From positions 633-64,632 of IMG/VR virus record IMGVR_UViG_3300020190_000054: 64,000 nucleotides of DNA, one strand, 5' to 3'. A model generated the notes under the pieces. The model saw nothing but the letters and a program-made list of their open reading frames with translations, was not told the DNA's origin and did not search any database. Numbering within the stretch: position 1 is the first letter of the stretch; each line of letters opens with the position of its first letter. Source of the stretch: a virus (taxonomy: Duplodnaviria; Caudoviricetes). A program made the translations under genes and the position numbers. Positions 56,816 to 64,000 of this stretch are shown here, in pieces.

Positions 56816-57079
56816 ATGACTTCTGAATCACTAATTGAATTCCAACGGGGAATTGACTTTGAGGAATTAACGCTTCAAGATTGTATTGCTATTAATTTTT
56901 ATTTGGATAACGTTGTAGAACTTTGTGTTAAAGGAGAAACAAATGCAGATCAAGTAAGAAATAACTTAGATCTATTAGCCAAATCTGCATATTCTATTGC
57001 AGATGTTTTTTGTCAAATGCGTAAAAGAATACGAGAATCAATTGAAGAAACAAATGAAGAAGAAAGCGAGGTTGCGTAA
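56816..57079 (+). CDS. acidic hypothetical protein
   Basis: 87 aa; AYSIAD...MR motif. Confidence 0.55.
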   Translation: MTSESLIEFQRGIDFEELTLQDCIAINFYLDNVVELCVKGETNADQVRNNLDLLAKSAYSIADVFCQMRKRIRESIEETNEEESEVA

Positions 57080-57312
57080 TGGATAATTCAAAACTTGTGT
57101 TTAGTTACACTGATGAAGATTCAAAGATTACTTATGAATCGATGGGTGTAACAACAGATGAAGTAATGCATCACGTTGTTTGTTTTCTGTTGTCTATGGG
57201 TTACGCACGGGAGAGTATTCACTCAGCCATGCAAGAAATCGTAGAGGAACATGAAGACTATTTACGAAATGAGCCTAACTATAAACTTGAATTGCCGCCA
57301 GACGTAGTCTGA
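57079..57312 (+). CDS. acidic hypothetical protein
   Basis: 77 aa; FLLSMGY motif. Confidence 0.55.
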   Translation: MDNSKLVFSYTDEDSKITYESMGVTTDEVMHHVVCFLLSMGYARESIHSAMQEIVEEHEDYLRNEPNYKLELPPDVV

Positions 57313-57316
57313 AGGC

Positions 57317-57344
57317 ACGTCCTGGGATGACGTTAAAAGCATCC
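57317..57344 (+). ncRNA. variant pseudoknot element
   Basis: ACGTC-CTG-GGAT-GACGT-TAAAAGC-ATCC. Confidence 0.55.
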
Positions 57345-58436
57345 ATTCATCACAACGAAATCACCATGAGTGAACCTACGATTGCTGAATTAGTTGATTC
57401 CACTACTAACTACTTGAAACCTACTAAGACTATGACTGTGAAGAAAACTTTTGCCCTTGCCACCCGTGGCCTGGATTCTTTCAAACTTTTCCAAGATAAG
57501 CAATTCGTCTCCGGCTACCAAAACCTCGTCACCATCCAACCCCTTAACAAATCGAAGACACGAGGTTGGTTCGTGCGGAAGTCAGATCTGGACACTTGTG
57601 GATGGAACGCCACTGAAAGTGACTTTGCTAAAGGTTCAGTCATTTGGGACTACAAGCAAACTTTCGGTATGGCTCCCAATACTTCAGTGGAAGAAGGGCT
57701 CAATTTTGTTGAGCCTCGAATTCAAATCCTTCTGCGTTCCCCGCTTATGGTAGAAGAAGCTAAAGGAATGAGGCAGACAATTGGTACCTTTGATAATCCA
57801 GAGGTTAAAGAACTTTGGGAAGCTGACAAGATTGCAGCTGATCTTGAAAAAAGTAAGGGTAAAATGCATGATCGTAAGTACAGTGTACGTACAAAATACT
57901 TGGTGTACGTTCTGACCCAGGACAATAAGCGAGCCCATAAGATCCCAATGGTTCTTACCTTAAAAGGATTGAATGGTACTGATATTTCCGAAAAGGTTCG
58001 GATGTATGAAAAAGAAATGTCCAAGTGTTTAAGCAAAGCTTTGGATTCAGAAATTCCTCTTGCATTCAATGAAAAGTTCTACGCCACTACCGTATTTGCT
58101 CCGGTACTTGCCAATGAGATGCGTGGCGCCAACAACGTTGAGATCTGCGCAATTGAATCTTTTGACATCCCTGATTACAGCTCACAAGATGAAGCGATTG
58201 CTTCCTTGAATCGCCTCAGCATTCCCGATGAAGATCGTGAATCTACCTGGAAATTCCAGGATATGTTTGCGGACTACATCAATCAACATGCACGGCAAGA
58301 TGCTGAAAAGCTAGGTGGTGCTTATGGAATCAAAGAGGGCGTTGAGATTCTGCCTGTTACGCGCACCATGGAAACTGAAGTCAAGGCTTTGCCTGGTCGT
58401 GATGCAGTAACAGGAGAAGACGACTCACTCCTTTGA
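57327..58436 (+). CDS. conserved cyanobacterial-type protein (DUF5895-like); true start probably 57366 or 57432
   Basis: PRIQILLRSPL, TKYLVYVL..DNK..H.IP..LTLKG, F.P. Confidence 0.6.
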   Translation: MTLKASIHHNEITMSEPTIAELVDSTTNYLKPTKTMTVKKTFALATRGLDSFKLFQDKQFVSGYQNLVTIQPLNKSKTRGWFVRKSDLDTCGWNATESDFAKGSVIWDYKQTFGMAPNTSVEEGLNFVEPRIQILLRSPLMVEEAKGMRQTIGTFDNPEVKELWEADKIAADLEKSKGKMHDRKYSVRTKYLVYVLTQDNKRAHKIPMVLTLKGLNGTDISEKVRMYEKEMSKCLSKALDSEIPLAFNEKFYATTVFAPVLANEMRGANNVEICAIESFDIPDYSSQDEAIASLNRLSIPDEDRESTWKFQDMFADYINQHARQDAEKLGGAYGIKEGVEILPVTRTMETEVKALPGRDAVTGEDDSLL

Positions 58437-58688
58437 TTTGATTGGGGGGTTAGCCAGATCGTCTTCATTAATGGAAACGTTATTGAAGATAAACATGTCT
58501 TGGACTAATCCCCTTATTACTCCTTGTCTGTTAGTAGCGATCTGCGCAAGCATGGTCGCTATTTCTTTTAAAGTACTAACTGAATTACATTCATCAATCG
58601 TACGTTTGACTGTTTCATGCCAGAACTTATCGTTAAGCGAAGGTTCTATTTGAAACCTAGTCAACGGTACATACTTAATTTCTTCCAT
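58425..58688 (-). CDS. second NblA-like protein
   Basis: EPSLNDKFW...KRTIDEC...TLKEIA..L......Q..IR.L resembles picocyanobacterial/cyanophage NblA; lone minus-strand gene with a TAAAAT box. Confidence 0.5.
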   Translation of the reverse strand: MEEIKYVPLTRFQIEPSLNDKFWHETVKRTIDECNSVSTLKEIATMLAQIATNRQGVIRGLVQDMFIFNNVSINEDDLANPPIKSKE

Positions 58689-58768
58689 TGTTTGTATTCA
58701 GTTGTACTTAATTTTACTTCCATAGTAAACAACAATTTTTTTCTTTTAAATGTATTAAGAATTACACC

Positions 58769-58972
58769 ATGAAATCAGAATACAAAGCTGCATTAAAAGC
58801 AGCGGCTCCTCTTGGCTTGGTTGGTGCAGGGGTTCTTGCTTTAATAGGCAATCCTGCTGCCTGGGCGGTGCTTGCTTACAGCACGTATCGACTTGGTAAA
58901 AACGCGTACCAAGAAGAACAACTTCGTGGTAGGCTGCGCCAGTCAGGAAAAGACTACGACCTTTTCATCTGA
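58769..58972 (+). CDS. small membrane protein
   Basis: Hydrophobic segment LGLVGAGVLALIG. Confidence 0.5.
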   Translation: MKSEYKAALKAAAPLGLVGAGVLALIGNPAAWAVLAYSTYRLGKNAYQEEQLRGRLRQSGKDYDLFI

Positions 58973-58997
58973 CTTTTATTACTATTTCAACTTAACC

Positions 58998-59951
58998 ATG
59001 ACAACAACTTTAACTGAATTAAATGAAGCTCAAAAACTTATTTACACACGTTCAAGCATCGCTCGGGCATTCCCTGAGTTCGATGATACGAATGTCGCCC
59101 GAATCTATCTACATCAAGATTCTTGCCGTGTGGCTTATCGCGACGGTGCTGAGGTTGATTATCCACGTCAACAAATAAAAAATTCTTATCAAGACTTTAC
59201 TACCAGGCTTAAAAATTTCTTTTCGTATTTGGGACCTAACTATCGTGGGCCCAGCATCTGGCACCACAATGCCTACATCATGTTTAAAGGATGGTCTTAT
59301 GCACACTCGTTGGGGCATCGTTCGTTTAATGCGCAGCTTCAAGCTCAGTGGGCTGATAAGTTTATTCATTTATCAGACCAAGCTAAACTTCGTGCACTAT
59401 TGCAATCTGATCAAACTGATCTGGGATATTTGGTTGCCCCTGATGGTTTCCAAATTATTGAGCAGGCTCGCCTTGGCAGCTGCGCAGATGGCGAGGAAGA
59501 CTCAGATTCGGCCTCGCAAAAAACTGCGTCATTACCATCGTGTACTTGCGGCTCATTTCAACGACAACTAAACAATTTGTCTGAACTTCAACAAGAAATT
59601 CCTGGGTACCAGCCATCTTGTATCCACTTGACTTGGTTTAAAAAGTACAGGGAATTGCTTTGTCGTCGTACTGAAATCAGAAACGCATGCCCTGCGTATG
59701 CTCCTGATAAATGCGTGGCTTGGTGGTATGCGCCACCATCTGAGGCAACCGGTCATGGTCGATTCCTTTTGCTTCATACCAAGCATGGGGCGCAGGCTCC
59801 GATTACTCATTGGCGAACTTACAAACCAAACGACATCTTTACAGAAGATGATGCTTGGTCTTTGTTTGACAACATGATGGAAGCAGGCTATGTTCCTTTC
59901 CCAGGAACTTCATTGCCTCAACTTAAAGCCGCAACCAACAAAGATGGATGA
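58998..59951 (+). CDS. SWIM-like zinc-finger protein
   Basis: SCTCGSF...SCIHL. Confidence 0.65.
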   Translation: MTTTLTELNEAQKLIYTRSSIARAFPEFDDTNVARIYLHQDSCRVAYRDGAEVDYPRQQIKNSYQDFTTRLKNFFSYLGPNYRGPSIWHHNAYIMFKGWSYAHSLGHRSFNAQLQAQWADKFIHLSDQAKLRALLQSDQTDLGYLVAPDGFQIIEQARLGSCADGEEDSDSASQKTASLPSCTCGSFQRQLNNLSELQQEIPGYQPSCIHLTWFKKYRELLCRRTEIRNACPAYAPDKCVAWWYAPPSEATGHGRFLLLHTKHGAQAPITHWRTYKPNDIFTEDDAWSLFDNMMEAGYVPFPGTSLPQLKAATNKDG

Positions 59952-60246
59952 ACGCGTCCAACGTCTATTAGAGTCAGGAATGGCCGAACCATTTCCCACA
60001 ACCAACACCACCCTTAAACGCACTCACAAAACTATGGATCAAACAAGCGACGGTCGTTATCGTTACGATGTCTATATCGATGAAGATGTACATTGGATTC
60101 TTGTTGAACTTGGCGCTCGTAGCAAGATGCACCAGGAGGATTATGTTGAGCAAATCTTGACTGAATATGCTTGCCTTGCATTAGAAAGGCGATCCACTAC
60201 AACGGAGGCTGACCATGACGAGCTGGGTGAACAAACTAAAGATTGA
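59944..60246 (+). CDS. hypothetical protein (possible ribbon-helix-helix)
   Basis: VYIDEDVH..LVELGAR......YVEQIL. Confidence 0.45.
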   Translation: MDERVQRLLESGMAEPFPTTNTTLKRTHKTMDQTSDGRYRYDVYIDEDVHWILVELGARSKMHQEDYVEQILTEYACLALERRSTTTEADHDELGEQTKD

Positions 60247-60412
60247 CGTTGTCGATGAAGAAGATGGGTCTTGTACTATTCACATCGAATGGGACGAAAC
60301 AGATCCGGACTTAACCCTATGGACTAGCTGGGGCAAAGACGGGCAAAAATCTTTTGTTCTTGAAGCTTTACAAAATGCCATTGACAATGCGCTTTCCAAT
60401 CATGACTCTTGA
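60215..60412 (+). CDS. hypothetical protein
   Basis: EEDGS.TI.IEWDE.DP motif. Confidence 0.55.
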   Translation: MTSWVNKLKIDVVDEEDGSCTIHIEWDETDPDLTLWTSWGKDGQKSFVLEALQNAIDNALSNHDS

Positions 60413-60806
60413 AACTTACGGACTTCAGTTTGATGCGTACAAAGAGCTCTTCTTGTCTGAAGCAGCTCACTTACTTTATTTGTACTACGAGTTTGAAATG
60501 ATGAGCAATGAGCAATCTCAACATCTGTATGGATGGTCAAAGCTATGTGAAAAAACAAGGTACGATTTATTTTCCGATGCCATATATTCAACCAATGATA
60601 GAGCCCGTGCAAAACAAAAGAAAGAAAACCCAGAAACGGTCAAGGACGATTATGAGTTTATGTCTCTTGGCACAAAAGAAATAAAGGAGGAGATCCAGGC
60701 GATCAATGCCAAGATCGAAGCCTTGGTCGATTACGTTGGCAATCTAACTAACGTAATTAAAGCTGGGCTTACGGACTTGGCTGACACCCCCGAGGGTGGG
60801 GCTTGA
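60402..60806 (+). CDS. hypothetical protein
   Basis: ORF in the operon with a C-terminal coiled coil. Confidence 0.55.
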   Translation: MTLETYGLQFDAYKELFLSEAAHLLYLYYEFEMMSNEQSQHLYGWSKLCEKTRYDLFSDAIYSTNDRARAKQKKENPETVKDDYEFMSLGTKEIKEEIQAINAKIEALVDYVGNLTNVIKAGLTDLADTPEGGA

Positions 60807-60828
60807 CACGCACTATAGACTAGACACG

Positions 60829-60855
60829 CGTCCTGGTCACGACGGTAAACTGACC
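60829..60855 (+). ncRNA. H-type pseudoknot element
   Basis: CGTC-CT-GGTCA-C-GACG-GTAAAC-TGACC. Confidence 0.7.
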
Positions 60856-60876
60856 GCAACTCAATCCAACACCATT

Positions 60877-60990
60877 ATGTTCGAAGCCATTTTTTCTTCT
60901 GTTTTTCCCTTGCTTAAAGATCTTCTCTGGACAGCAGCCGCAGCGCTGCTGGCCTACACACTCAACAAACTTCAACTTCAATTCAATTGA
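60877..60990 (+). CDS. 37-aa hydrophobic peptide
   Basis: MFEAIFSSVFPLLKDLLWTAAAALLAYTLNKLQLQFN after an A/C-rich leader. Confidence 0.45.
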   Translation: MFEAIFSSVFPLLKDLLWTAAAALLAYTLNKLQLQFN

Positions 60991-61001
60991 TTCATTGAAC
61001 C

Positions 61002-61703
61002 ATGACTCAAATTACACACACTAAACTCAAAGAGTTAAATGTCATCCAGCTTTACGAGCACTATGGTGCCTTGGAAAGGTCTCTTCCTTTACTCACTCCT
61101 GAGTCTCAAGAGCTGGCAAAGGCTGAATTGGAGGCTTGTGTTTCCTTACGGTCTGAAAAAATTGATCGTATCTACTATGCAATGGCGTCCCATGAAGACG
61201 CGGTAGAGCGTATTAAAAAAGAAAAGGTTCTTATTTTCCAGGCGCAAAAACATCATGAGTCTCAAGTTGATAGCCTAAAGGGGCTACTTAATTACCTAAA
61301 GCGTTCTTTGCCTGCAGACACTACTAAAATCACAGGCAAGAACTACCAATTTACCTTGGTAAAGAAAAAAGACTTGACTGTTGAAGTCAAATCAAGCGTG
61401 GACGATTGGTCCTCAGAAGAACAACAAAGTTTTTGTATTCAAGAAGAAGTCACCACAACCAAGCAAATTGTGGTACGTTCTATGTCAGGGGATGTTCTTG
61501 AAGAAAGAACTGAGCCCACCACAAAAACAACCGTACTTCCGAACCTTGATGCAATACGCCACGCCCACCAAACAGGTAAAGCACTTCCAACTGGAGTCAA
61601 AGTCTTTCAAGAATATGGCATACGTTCAAAACGAATCTACAGCAAGTCTTCAGTGGAACTGGAAGCATCCGAGTATCCAGGACAATTTCTTCCTGAAGAT
61701 TGA
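61002..61703 (+). CDS. Gp157-like coiled-coil protein
   Basis: EKIDRI....I.KEK.......SLK..L...KITG..Y....K, C-terminal I......GK..P.GV. Confidence 0.7.
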   Translation: MTQITHTKLKELNVIQLYEHYGALERSLPLLTPESQELAKAELEACVSLRSEKIDRIYYAMASHEDAVERIKKEKVLIFQAQKHHESQVDSLKGLLNYLKRSLPADTTKITGKNYQFTLVKKKDLTVEVKSSVDDWSSEEQQSFCIQEEVTTTKQIVVRSMSGDVLEERTEPTTKTTVLPNLDAIRHAHQTGKALPTGVKVFQEYGIRSKRIYSKSSVELEASEYPGQFLPED

Positions 61704-61956
61704 TGCACCAACATGTGCAGAAGACGCATCAATCAAAATGAGTTGTCATCAACATGCCGTCAAAGACTTTGAACTTCAAATTGAAATGAATGAGTTAGAG
61801 ATGAGCATGCTTAAAGATGGAGACGATGTGCTTCCGTACAACGAGTCCAAGATGGAGGAATTAGAACAAAAAAAACTAAAGCTGCTTTTGGGTAAGAGGT
61901 TTCACCAAAACGCCATGAATGCCTATTGGTATTACTTGGAACGGTCTGGTAAATAA
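61381..61956 (+). CDS. hypothetical protein (true start probably about 61650-61740)
   Basis: Helical C-terminal part of about 90 aa; the upstream part overlaps the Gp157-like gene. Confidence 0.5.
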   Translation: MKSNQAWTIGPQKNNKVFVFKKKSPQPSKLWYVLCQGMFLKKELSPPQKQPYFRTLMQYATPTKQVKHFQLESKSFKNMAYVQNESTASLQWNWKHPSIQDNFFLKIDAPTCAEDASIKMSCHQHAVKDFELQIEMNELEMSMLKDGDDVLPYNESKMEELEQKKLKLLLGKRFHQNAMNAYWYYLERSGK

Positions 61957-61992
61957 ACCAAACTACAATAAAAGTAACTAAGCACAAGTCCC

Positions 61993-62250
61993 ATGACAGA
62001 AGATAACCTTACCCAATTAATGGCAGGTTTCACCTGTGATGGGACTCCTCTTTCTGCTTTGATTGGATCCAAGCTGGAATGGGGTGTAACCGTCTTAACG
62101 GCAGCAATGTTGGCCAATGAAAACTTGGCTTCTCAAATGACAGCAGAAGAAATGGTTGATGGCGCAATCAATTATTACAATGTAATTCAAGAACGGCTTG
62201 GGTTTTACCAGCAGCATCAAGCTCATTCTTTAGAGCGACTGCTGCAATAA
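61993..62250 (+). CDS. hypothetical protein
   Basis: 85 aa ORF. Confidence 0.6.
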   Translation: MTEDNLTQLMAGFTCDGTPLSALIGSKLEWGVTVLTAAMLANENLASQMTAEEMVDGAINYYNVIQERLGFYQQHQAHSLERLLQ

Positions 62251-62289
62251 TAAAAACCTGGTACACTAACAAGGTTTTTATTTCCATCA

Positions 62290-62487
62290 ATGGAAGCACC
62301 ACCTGTTGCAAAGCTCACACTTAATTTCCAAGTTGAATTGGAACTTGAATACGATTCGTTTAGAGGCCGCACTGCCGAGCAACTAGCCGAAGGTGTCCAA
62401 GACGAGCTAGACGATTTACTATTTGATGCAGCTCCTAATGTTGTGGCTGTATTTACAACCCTTACTTCAATTGATTCCAATGAGTGA
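62290..62487 (+). CDS. acidic hypothetical protein
   Basis: 65 aa ORF. Confidence 0.55.
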   Translation: MEAPPVAKLTLNFQVELELEYDSFRGRTAEQLAEGVQDELDDLLFDAAPNVVAVFTTLTSIDSNE

Positions 62488-62761
62488 TCGCTTTGACTAC
62501 CAGCAGATCTTGAATAGCTGGAGCGTGACCAAGGAGCAGCAAAAAGCTGACTTTATGGAACACATGTACAACTGCTCTGGCAGGCAGTATCCCCACCATC
62601 CTATGCACGGTCTTTACACGGGTTTGTGGCAAGACTTCTGCATTAAAGAAGCTGGGCCAGTAATGAGGGATCGGTATTTTGAAATGCTTGAGGCTGTTCG
62701 TCTTTATGAAGAAAAGCAACTTCAACAAGTAAATCCGAATGAAGTGACAATCGCTGCTTGA
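62423..62761 (+). CDS. hypothetical protein (start probably 62480)
   Basis: MY..SGR...HPMHGLYTGLWQ motif. Confidence 0.6.
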   Translation: MMQLLMLWLYLQPLLQLIPMSDRFDYQQILNSWSVTKEQQKADFMEHMYNCSGRQYPHHPMHGLYTGLWQDFCIKEAGPVMRDRYFEMLEAVRLYEEKQLQQVNPNEVTIAA

Positions 62762-62787
62762 TTCTTCCGTAAAATCCACTATGCTTT

Positions 62788-62821
62788 GGGGGTAAGCCAC
62801 AACGTGGCATGCCCCTTTTTT
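62788..62821 (+). terminator. intrinsic terminator
   Basis: GGGGT..GCCAC-AAC-GTGGC..GCCCC followed by TTTTTT. Confidence 0.6.
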
Positions 62822-62825
62822 ATTT

Positions 62826-63245
62826 ATGTCAAATCAAAAAGAACCTCAAGACACTATCAAAGAATGGCAAGAGTGGTACCGAAATCATCGTGTTGTAGCA
62901 GAAATGGATGAGCCTTTAGTTTCCAAGGAATCCAGAGAAAACTTACACGATACCAGTAATGCAATAAGTGAAATGCCAAATTGGCGTGAATTCTTTAAAG
63001 AAATATTAAATGAAACTGAAGAAAAAGAACCAACGCCTCGTGTAAGTAACAGTGTTTATGTCAACAAAGCTATTGAACATTTTGCAGATACAATTGCAGA
63101 GTTTCAAAACGAAATGACCGGAGAAGAATTATATGTTTGTTTTGTAGAAGCTGCGCGAGAAAACTTAGCTTATGCAACGGCTGAGTACGATCGCGCCAAA
63201 GACCTTTTTGATCTTGCCAACAACAAAAAACATGTCAAGTACTAA
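62826..63245 (+). CDS. acidic hypothetical protein
   Basis: 139 aa ORF. Confidence 0.6.
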   Translation: MSNQKEPQDTIKEWQEWYRNHRVVAEMDEPLVSKESRENLHDTSNAISEMPNWREFFKEILNETEEKEPTPRVSNSVYVNKAIEHFADTIAEFQNEMTGEELYVCFVEAARENLAYATAEYDRAKDLFDLANNKKHVKY

Positions 63246-63311
63246 GACGTATCCAACGTGGATCTGCGAAGAAATTACCAAGTGATAAACTAAAACTATC
63301 GCTGTAAAAGT

Positions 63312-63863
63312 ATGTATACCCCCGGTCCTCAACTGGTACAAGAGCTGCAAACCCCTCCCCTTCAAGCGGTGCCTCAGGCACAAGAGAAGCCCAAAGCCCC
63401 TGCTAAATCAAAGAATGGTGATGTCGGGGCCTTCATTCAACAGTGCATCTCCCTCGCCTCCTATATCAAGGAACTTCAGACACAAGCCCATCTCATTCAC
63501 CTGAACTACGAGGGGTCTAACTTCCTCGGGGTGCATGGGTTCCTTAAAGACCAATACGAGGCTCATCAGGATCAGTTTGATAAGTTGGGGGAATTCATTC
63601 GGTCGATGGATTATCTTCTTCCAATGTGCGCCAAGGGATTAGCCGATGCTGGGCCTGGAATTCAGCATGTTACCAGCTACAAGGGAAATGATCAGCTCGC
63701 TGTGTACTATAAAAACTTAGAAGAATTTGGAATGAAGACCAAAAAACTGGAGCCTATTGCTGCCAAAGTTGGTGCTATTGATATTCAAAATTACATGGCA
63801 GAGTTGTGTGGTGAAGCGTTTAAAGCAGCATGGATGATTAAAGCCTCTCTTAGGAATGGGTAA
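63312..63863 (+). CDS. dps: Dps/ferritin-like protein
   Basis: H..HLNYEG.NF..VH..L..QY......D..GE.IR; C-terminal K.AWMIKA. Confidence 0.85.
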   Translation: MYTPGPQLVQELQTPPLQAVPQAQEKPKAPAKSKNGDVGAFIQQCISLASYIKELQTQAHLIHLNYEGSNFLGVHGFLKDQYEAHQDQFDKLGEFIRSMDYLLPMCAKGLADAGPGIQHVTSYKGNDQLAVYYKNLEEFGMKTKKLEPIAAKVGAIDIQNYMAELCGEAFKAAWMIKASLRNG

Positions 63864-64000
63864 TGGGAGAATTGTTTCAACAATTTTTAAACCGCGCAAA
63901 GCGTGGTTATGGTCAGATAGATAAAAATGTTTTTGGTGGTTTGCTGCCAGGGGGCGCAGCTACTCCTATTGGAGCCGCGTTTCAAGGTGTTACTTTTCCA

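Noticed and set aside
47310-60855. Pseudoknot elements as pistol ribozymes or preQ1 riboswitches
   Set aside because: They share a short stem followed by UAAA, but the pseudoknot closes immediately. Pistol P2/P3 and cleavage-site elements and the preQ1 loop consensus are absent.

Overview
This is a 64-kb segment of a tailed dsDNA phage. The host is most likely a cyanobacterium, judging from two NblA-like genes, a DUF4278-like peptide, tRNA-Leu(UAA) and NtcA-like boxes. Two divergent arms meet at a non-coding, repeat-containing region at about 41.5-42.35 kb. The left arm, mostly minus strand, holds tail-fibre/LamG-SPRY proteins, lysins, major capsid protein, scaffold, portal, large terminase and probable ejection proteins. 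The right arm, plus strand, holds many small early genes, a PcfJ-like protein, ThyX, a Gp88-like protein, a T7-type family A DNA polymerase, SSBs, a Gp157-like protein and Dps. Most notable: (1) the major capsid gene is split after codon 4 by an 821-nt group I intron whose P1 loop carries an HNH endonuclease gene in antisense orientation; (2) the early arm has three dispersed families of covarying structured elements (six H-type pseudoknots, three A-hairpin-A'-A switches, four GTAAG internal-loop hairpins); (3) a circularly permuted M23 peptidase; (4) a 602-nt portal/scaffold overlap. All protein family calls come from motif recognition by eye; no database searches were run.
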